Shown piece by piece: positions 25,801 through 31,355 of a DNA stretch of 37,167 nt. Under the pieces are notes generated by a model. That model saw only the letters and a program-made list of their open reading frames with translations. It did no database searches and was not told where the DNA came from. A program made the position numbers and the translations under genes. This stretch comes from Draconibacterium orientale (GTDB lineage: Bacteria > Bacteroidota > Bacteroidia > Bacteroidales > JAADGE01). Numbering within the stretch: position 1 is the stretch's first letter; every line of letters starts with the position of its first letter. The stretch lies in contig DYSM01000001.1 in NCBI GenBank assembly GCA_020718265.1, positions 1 to 37,167 on the forward strand, read 5' to 3'.

Positions 25801-26594
25801 ATCCGGAATATTCGCAAACGCAAAAAAACAAGTTCAATGAACTGAAAGCGATTGAGAAAAAAGGATTAACACACTTAGTTGAAGAGCTGCTCGGATTCCG
25901 TTCGCTTATTGAAAAAGAATACGAACAAACGTTCTACGATGTTGAGAAGGATTTGTCGGAGCAAGTATCTTCGTCGGTGGACGGGCGATTGATTAAGAAT
26001 TATGCGATTCTTATAGCGACATTCAAGATATTGGAATCGCGCGTGAGTGTCGCGTTCAAATACGAAGATGTGTTTCAACTCTCACTGAATCGCATTCGTG
26101 AGCAATATACGATTATGAACAGCTCCAACGAAGTCAGTGCATTCTGGGAAAGCCTTGTATCTCTTGCCGAACGCGGCATAATTCGACACGGCGATAATTA
26201 CCGAATCATTGACGAAATCTTCATCACCTTGCTTGTGAAGAATGGTGCATCAACGGAAGAAAAGAGATTTGATTTCTCAGGCTACAAAAACGGAAGTAAG
26301 CAAATATTGTATCTGAAAATGAGCACAATCTATAATTATTATGCCGAACTGTGCGCAAAAACGCGACAAGAAATTATGCCGAAACGCTCGCTTGAATATT
26401 ACATCGAACACAGCAAGACCTTCTTAGGTCGCTCGAAAAGCACACGCTTCGACAACGTAACCACAGGTTGGGCATTTGACTACGATATGCTCGGCATTGA
26501 CCTCAGCAGCCGTAACGATACACTGCAACCATATCACGAAACTCCGCAACCACTTCCTAACTATGAACCAAAAGATGATAATTCACCATTCTGA
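22857..26594 (+). CDS. DNA primase / P-loop helicase fusion protein (DnaG-type zinc finger + TOPRIM + C-terminal NTPase)
   Basis: CHC2 zinc finger '[30 protein letters not shown]'. TOPRIM 'LVEGNTDVM...TSGTALS...[13 protein letters not shown]'. Walker A '[12 protein letters not shown]' and Walker B 'FALIDEY' lie in the C-terminal half. 1245 aa. Confidence 0.9.
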   Translation: [1245 protein letters not shown]

Positions 26595-26741
26595 TATTGA
26601 ACAAATTACACACGGAAGCCTGTTCAGCGGCATCGGAGGCTTTGAACTTGCCGCAGAGCAGCACTCGGGAACGTCATAGTTCCAGAAGTAGCAGATAGAA
26701 TTTTTCAATCAATTATTTTCAAACAATACATTTTTCAATCA
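26563..26741 (+). pseudogene. C5-cytosine DNA methyltransferase remnant (motif I fused out of frame to motif X, core deleted)
   Basis: One frame gives MNQKMIIHHSDIEQITHGSLFSGIGGFELAAEQHSGTS*, carrying motif I FxGxGG. The frame starting at 26667 gives GNVIVPEVADRIFQSII..., the C-terminal GN(A/S)V.P.VA motif X. Nothing between them encodes the PC catalytic motif IV or the target-recognition domain. Confidence 0.65.
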
Positions 26742-27547
26742 TGCAAAAATCAAAAATCCAATGGACAGATTACACGTGGAATCCCGTGTGGGGTTGCTTG
26801 GGCGGATGCAACTACTGCTATGCACGCGGCATAGCGAAGCGATTTGCGAAACCTATTGCAGAGCGTGAGGCTACGCTTAACAAAAGAAAAAACATATTTG
26901 AAGATGTAGCGAGATTTACACCTACAATGTTAGACCATAGACTGTTTGCGGAATTTCCGAAAAAACCTTCGCGTGTGTTTGTTAATTCAATGTCTGACCC
27001 GGCATTTTGGAACAGAACTATACGCCGAGCAGTTCTTGACCGCATTCATTTCAATGAGTCTCATTCTTTTCAGATGCTTACGAAATTCCCGCAAATATTA
27101 GAGTTTGATTATTACCCGCCTAATTTATGTTTTGGCACCTCGTGCGAGAATCAGGAATCGGCAGATATGCGCATTCCGGCATTATTGGAACGTCCGGCGG
27201 CTTTGCATTTCGTTTCTTTCGAGCCGCTTACGGGGCATGTGAATCTGAAAACTGAATGGACAGAAAAAATTAAATGGGTAATCATCGGCGGCATGTCAGG
27301 CACGAAAGCCACACCGATGCGCATGGAGTGGGCTGAATCACTAATAGAAGAGTGCGAGATGTTCAATATACAGGTATTCTTCAAGAGTTGGGGCAAGTAT
27401 GTTCCGATAGAGAATCTGACTGTAAAAGAGCGCAATGCAATTATGTTGAAACCGCCAAAAATAACCGGCGAATATTGTTACAATGCCTCTGAACAAGTCA
27501 GCTATGAGCACGTGAGAGGGTTTGAGTATCGTAATTTCCCAAAATAA
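26741..27547 (+). CDS. DUF5131 / phage Gp37-Gp68 family protein (three-Cys motif, here CxxxCxxC)
   Basis: The N-terminus 'IQWTDYTWNPVWGCLGGCNYCYARG' matches the family signature (IEWTD.TWNP..GC....GC..CYA). 268 aa. Confidence 0.8.
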   Translation: MQKSKIQWTDYTWNPVWGCLGGCNYCYARGIAKRFAKPIAEREATLNKRKNIFEDVARFTPTMLDHRLFAEFPKKPSRVFVNSMSDPAFWNRTIRRAVLDRIHFNESHSFQMLTKFPQILEFDYYPPNLCFGTSCENQESADMRIPALLERPAALHFVSFEPLTGHVNLKTEWTEKIKWVIIGGMSGTKATPMRMEWAESLIEECEMFNIQVFFKSWGKYVPIENLTVKERNAIMLKPPKITGEYCYNASEQVSYEHVRGFEYRNFPK

Positions 27548-27560
27548 TATATCTGAAATC

Positions 27561-27821
27561 ATGGAAAAAAAAAAAATGAGAAACGTTGTGATTATTCCCG
27601 AAGAAAAAATCGATCATCCACAGCATTACGGCGGTGCTGATAATGTGTATGAAGCAATCAATGTTATTGAAGCTTGGCAATTGAGCTTTTGCCTCGGCAA
27701 TGTGCTGAAATACATTTCGCGTGCCGGAAAGAAGGGTCCCACTCTTGTAGACCTCCGAAAAGCGCAATGGTATTTGGTGCGGGAAATCAGACGCATAGAA
27801 AAGGATTCAATTAGCGCCTAA
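27561..27821 (+). CDS. DUF3310-family phage protein
   Basis: 'HYGGADNVYEAINVIEAWQLSFCLGNVLKYISRAGKKG...DLRKAQWYL' matches the DUF3310 pattern (HY.....e.i.vie......gn.iKYi.Rag.K....dl.KA..Yl). ATG 27561 is followed by an A12 run, so ATG 27577 is an alternative start. Confidence 0.7.
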   Translation: MEKKKMRNVVIIPEEKIDHPQHYGGADNVYEAINVIEAWQLSFCLGNVLKYISRAGKKGPTLVDLRKAQWYLVREIRRIEKDSISA

Positions 27822-27832
27822 CGCAAAATAAT

Positions 27833-27864
27833 AGCTTACGTGCCGAAATATCCGCACGTAAGCT
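27833..27864. terminator. perfect 11-bp stem hairpin at the end of the early operon
   Basis: agcttacgtgc - 10-nt loop - gcacgtaagct, 12 nt after the stop at 27821. There is no clean T tract on the + strand, so its terminator function is uncertain. Confidence 0.4.
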
Positions 27865-27921
27865 AAGAAAAAGTTAAAAAGTTTAATAACGGATAAAAGT
27901 ATCTAAATAGCACAAAAGCAA

Positions 27922-27951
27922 GGCATTAACGGCTATTATATGTTATCGGTA
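27922..27951. repeat. left arm of the imperfect inverted repeat bracketing ORF 27976..28461
   Basis: ggcattaacggctattatatgttatcggta. The reverse complement of the right arm is ggcattacggctattatttgccgttatcggta. Shared blocks are ggcatta, cggctattat and ttatcggta. Confidence 0.65.
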
Positions 27952-27975
27952 TTTTTATCATAATATCAATCTTTT

Positions 27976-28461
27976 ATGAAAATTAATATAGAAAATCAAA
28001 CAGTTTTGCAAGCAAATATATTAGTAGATGCAATCGAAAATTTTTTTTTAAAAAAATCGGCAGAGTTTGAAAAACTAACTTATTATTCTTCTTCTTATGA
28101 AATATCAAAAAGAACATTTAACGAATACAATTTAGATGAAATGATAAGGAACTCCGATATATTCGCTTTTTCTGCAATGTTAATCAAAGATTTAGTTGAA
28201 CTAACAATTTATAAAAAATTATACAAACTTAATTTAGAAATAACGAAAGAATATCATAATAAAATCGGGGCATTACAACATAGAGAATGTCATTCTGAAA
28301 TAGAATTTGTTGAAAAAGTTTATAAATTCATTAAACCAATAATTGCTAAAAAATTAGAACTATATTTAATCAAATATAATTTCGTAGAAAAATGTGTTTG
28401 GATTGATGAATTTAAAAGTGATTTTTCAAGTTTAATAAAATTATTTGATAATCCTATTTGA
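27976..28461 (+). CDS. hypothetical protein, very AT-rich moron-like gene
   Basis: 161-aa ORF, K/I/N/E/L/Y-rich and predicted helical. It has its own upstream spacer and a strong terminator downstream, and is flanked by inverted repeats. No motif was recognised. Confidence 0.55.
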   Translation: MKINIENQTVLQANILVDAIENFFLKKSAEFEKLTYYSSSYEISKRTFNEYNLDEMIRNSDIFAFSAMLIKDLVELTIYKKLYKLNLEITKEYHNKIGALQHRECHSEIEFVEKVYKFIKPIIAKKLELYLIKYNFVEKCVWIDEFKSDFSSLIKLFDNPI

Positions 28462-28462
28462 T

Positions 28463-28494
28463 TACCGATAACGGCAAATAATAGCCGTAATGCC
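28463..28494. repeat. right arm of the inverted repeat bracketing ORF 27976..28461
   Basis: taccgataacggcaaataatagccgtaatgcc begins 2 nt after the stop codon. Confidence 0.65.
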
Positions 28495-28520
28495 CATACT
28501 AAGCTCACTCCACTATCTTC

Positions 28521-28550
28521 AAGCCTCGCCAACTCGGCGGGGCTTTTTTT
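28521..28550 (+). terminator. rho-independent terminator
   Basis: aagcctcgcc - aactc - ggcggggctt 10-bp stem with one G-U pair. The terminal tt runs into a T tract through 28550 (nine consecutive T, 28542-28550). Confidence 0.8.
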
Positions 28551-28611
28551 GTGTATTTTGTTTTTGTAATTTTTGATATTTTTATTTTCGCGTTCAAATT
28601 ATAAAATTCGC

Positions 28612-28860
28612 CGGCTACACCGGCTACAGCTCCGACAAAATGTAAGTTGTTAATATTTAATATATTATATTAATTAGAATACTAATAACTGAAGCTATTC
28701 TGAAGCCGCTGTAGTTTTAGTAATTAAATACAAACATGTCTGAAATAGTTTTGTAGTTTTTTTAAGTTTCAAAACTACAGGTTTTTTACATGTATTTCAA
28801 ATGTCTAAGCGTTTTTAATCCTTATTTTCAGATAGTTGTATTTTTGTAGTTCTTGTAGCT
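28612..28860. repeat. TGTAG-core repeat field in ORF-free DNA (iteron/operator candidates)
   Basis: Forward TGTAG at 28710, 28752, 28845 and 28854. Reverse CTACA at 28615, 28624 and 28775. Tandem cggctaca at 28612 and 28621. A 9-bp palindrome tgtagtttt (28752-28760) / aaaactaca (28771-28779) is followed by ggtttttt. Confidence 0.6.
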
Positions 28861-29029
28861 GGCGTAGGTGCACTTTTAAACTATTTTATAGAAACTAAAA
28901 TAAATGTTTTTGTTGGTGTTTTAAGTCTAATAATTACTACACAATAAATCTATATTTTTGGGGATCGTTACATACAACTAAACTTGTTAATAACTCACAA
29001 TAACTTTGCGTTTTGAGATGCTTATTTAT

Positions 29030-29059
29030 GCGTAAATTTGATTTGAATTTCAAATACGC
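29030..29059 (+). promoter_or_regulatory. Bacteroidota-type -7 box (TAAATTTG) embedded in an imperfect palindrome
   Basis: taaatttg at 29033-29040 matches TAnnTTTG. TTTG elements lie upstream at 29005 and 29012. The arms gcgtaaatttga / tcaaatacgc overlap the box. The ATG is at 29065. Confidence 0.5.
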
Positions 29060-29064
29060 AAAAC

Positions 29065-29523
29065 ATGATAATTCAAGCCACCATTCCTGTTCGCCCACAC
29101 TTGAAGAAGTATATCGTCAAGAAGTTCAAGGCGCAACACATCATCAAGATCTCACACCACAGTATTTTCGGTAAGTTAGTTGTGAAAAGCTTTTCGGAGC
29201 ACTTTGCGCGTGCGCGTGAAACTTCCGCTTTTCGCTCATCCATTTTCATTGAGTTCGACCATGAATTTGAACTCACACTCTCTGCCGGTAATATATACGA
29301 CTTCAATTCGTTGGTCGAAGATATCTATCGGCAGGAGCTAATTCAATATGTGATGCATGAAAAATTATGGAATCCGCACTTCGAGCGAAAGCGTTCAATT
29401 GAGACGTTCAATTCGTATTTTGGCATCACCGAAGATGACATTGCACTTGAAACCATCATAAAATTCATGCAAAGAAGTGCGGAGGACAGGCATTACTTTG
29501 ATTTTCAGAACTATAAAAAATAA
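29065..29523 (+). CDS. hypothetical protein (first gene of the head operon)
   Basis: 152-aa ATG ORF following the ORF-free region. Confidence 0.55.
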   Translation: MIIQATIPVRPHLKKYIVKKFKAQHIIKISHHSIFGKLVVKSFSEHFARARETSAFRSSIFIEFDHEFELTLSAGNIYDFNSLVEDIYRQELIQYVMHEKLWNPHFERKRSIETFNSYFGITEDDIALETIIKFMQRSAEDRHYFDFQNYKK

Positions 29524-29569
29524 AATACGTTTTGTCCTCTGCTATTATTCATTATCTATACATTACAAA

Positions 29570-30040
29570 ATGAGTATCTCCCAAAAAAAAAGAAACAGTT
29601 TTCAGCCAGCAATTAGAATTTACTATGCCGAACAAAAAAGAACAGACCCGGACATCGAACAACTGACCGATAACGGAAACGGAAACTTCTCAGCGGTATT
29701 TGCGCCTGCAAAAGATTGGAAGCAGATTTTTGCAACTATCGGTTCAATCTCAGTTTCTACAAAAGCAAGCCAAAGCGACGAAGGCAAAATTTATGAGCAC
29801 GAAATTACATTTTCTGCTCCGGGCGATGACATTGAAACGCTCTTAGAATTAGAATCGCTTCTTAATATACCTCTTATAATAAGGTGTGATTTTGCAGAAG
29901 TCGTTCCGAAATTATTCGGAGACCTGATGAATTTCTGCTTTCTTGAATTTGATAAAACTAACGAAGGTTATATCTCCGGAACTGATTTAATTTTGAAGTT
30001 CGCATCAGAGCACGATGCACTCACCCTTATAACCGATTAG
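29570..30040 (+). CDS. hypothetical protein
   Basis: The track ORF starts at 29477, inside the preceding gene. The in-frame ATG at 29570 (MSISQKKRNS...) follows the stop at 29523 and a degenerate gtcctctgc box at 29534. Confidence 0.5.
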   Translation: MSISQKKRNSFQPAIRIYYAEQKRTDPDIEQLTDNGNGNFSAVFAPAKDWKQIFATIGSISVSTKASQSDEGKIYEHEITFSAPGDDIETLLELESLLNIPLIIRCDFAEVVPKLFGDLMNFCFLEFDKTNEGYISGTDLILKFASEHDALTLITD

Positions 30041-30047
30041 AAAAAAC

Positions 30048-30082
30048 GTCCTTTTTTCATACTGTATGAATTCTGAATTTTG
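30048..30082 (+). promoter_or_regulatory. copy E of the bipartite motif
   Basis: gtccttttttcat at 30048, 8 nt after the stop at 30040. gaattttg lies at 30075-30082 (27-nt offset) and the ATG at 30117. Confidence 0.5.
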
Positions 30083-30116
30083 CAATTTCTAATAGTGTAT
30101 CACTAATAATTACTGC

Positions 30117-31337
30117 ATGAAAATCGGAATACCGACAGCTCTATCAAAAGGAGTTTGGGCAATATCACCTGAGGTTGCATTTGTTTATGGAAGTTTCGTA
30201 TCAAGTTTGCTTGCTGGTGAAAATGTCCAAATGGACGTGATAGCCGAATCTCCTTATACAACCGTTGCTTCTGATTCTTCCGGAACGCAAAAGCGCGTTC
30301 GGGTAATTCCTATCAAAGGTCCGCTCACTAAAGAAACTCAGATGTGCGGCCCTATCGGCATGGCTGAAATTGGAAACCAAATCATGCGTGCTGATTCAAG
30401 TTTCGATATTGATGCGATTCTTCTGGACATTGATACGCCCGGCGGAACTGTGGACGGCACAATTGCCTTGGCTGAAGTAATCCGAAATACAAAAAAACCG
30501 ATTGTCGCATTCGTAAACGGTATGGCGGCATCTGCAGGCATGTGGATTGCTTCCGCCGCCGACAAAATTATTGCTTCTACGAATTTCGATTCTGTCGGAA
30601 GTATCGGCGTAATGACTTCGTTCTTGGACATGCAACCGATGTGGGAAGCTGCCGGCGTGAAATTCCATACCTTACTTGCTGACCAAAGCTCTGATAAAAA
30701 TAAAATGTTCGACGAAATTCGCGCAGGCAAATATACGGACTATATCAAGGAGCGACTTAATCCGTTGGCGGACGCATTTCGCACATTCATCCGCGAAAAC
30801 CGTCCAAATATCACAGATGACATGCTTTCAGGAAAAGTCTATCACGCAAAAGATGTGATAGGCTCATTGGTTGATTCTATCGGCTCATTCGATGCCGCTA
30901 TTGAATCTACTATTTCTATCTTTCCGAAATCTTTTTCTAATCAAAATAATCAAGCCATGAGTAACTTCCAATTCCAAACCGAAGAGGATGCACGCAATTG
31001 GTTTCAAAAAATGTTTGGTCTGAAACCTCAAAAAGAGGTCGCAGCTGAGCAATTGGAACAATTGAAAGCAGACCGATTCATTCAAGATTCTGAAATCGCC
31101 CATCTGACTAAGCAATTAGCAGAGGCAGAAGCCGACAAAACGGCAATGCAACAAGAAATCTACATGCTCGAGCAAAACATCGCCGCGTTGAAAAGCCAAC
31201 CCGGTGCGCAAACTGCCGTAGCTACCAAAGCCACAGACGGTTATGTTGCTTCACCTACAGTAATTGATTTGCCGGAAGGTTCTTTCGCAGACCAATTCGC
31301 AGCGTTCAAGACTGTCTTAGATAACGCACGGAAATAA
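30117..31337 (+). CDS. S49 (SppA/ClpP-fold) prohead protease fused to a coiled-coil scaffold-like C-terminal domain
   Basis: 'ILLDIDTPGGTVDGTIALAEVIRNTKKPIVAFVNGMAASAGMWIASAADKIIA...VGSIGV' matches the S49 peptidase core. The C-terminal 120 aa are heptad-rich (EQLEQLKADRF...EADKTAMQQEIYMLEQNIAALK). It sits immediately upstream of the capsid gene. Confidence 0.85.
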   Translation: MKIGIPTALSKGVWAISPEVAFVYGSFVSSLLAGENVQMDVIAESPYTTVASDSSGTQKRVRVIPIKGPLTKETQMCGPIGMAEIGNQIMRADSSFDIDAILLDIDTPGGTVDGTIALAEVIRNTKKPIVAFVNGMAASAGMWIASAADKIIASTNFDSVGSIGVMTSFLDMQPMWEAAGVKFHTLLADQSSDKNKMFDEIRAGKYTDYIKERLNPLADAFRTFIRENRPNITDDMLSGKVYHAKDVIGSLVDSIGSFDAAIESTISIFPKSFSNQNNQAMSNFQFQTEEDARNWFQKMFGLKPQKEVAAEQLEQLKADRFIQDSEIAHLTKQLAEAEADKTAMQQEIYMLEQNIAALKSQPGAQTAVATKATDGYVASPTVIDLPEGSFADQFAAFKTVLDNARK

Positions 31338-31355
31338 CTCGAAAATTATACCATT

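Noticed and set aside
26476-26562. The N-terminal 29 aa of track ORF 26476..26679 as part of the methyltransferase remnant
   Set aside because: This part lies entirely inside the primase-helicase gene in another frame and has no methyltransferase-like sequence. The remnant most plausibly begins at ATG 26563 or 26575.
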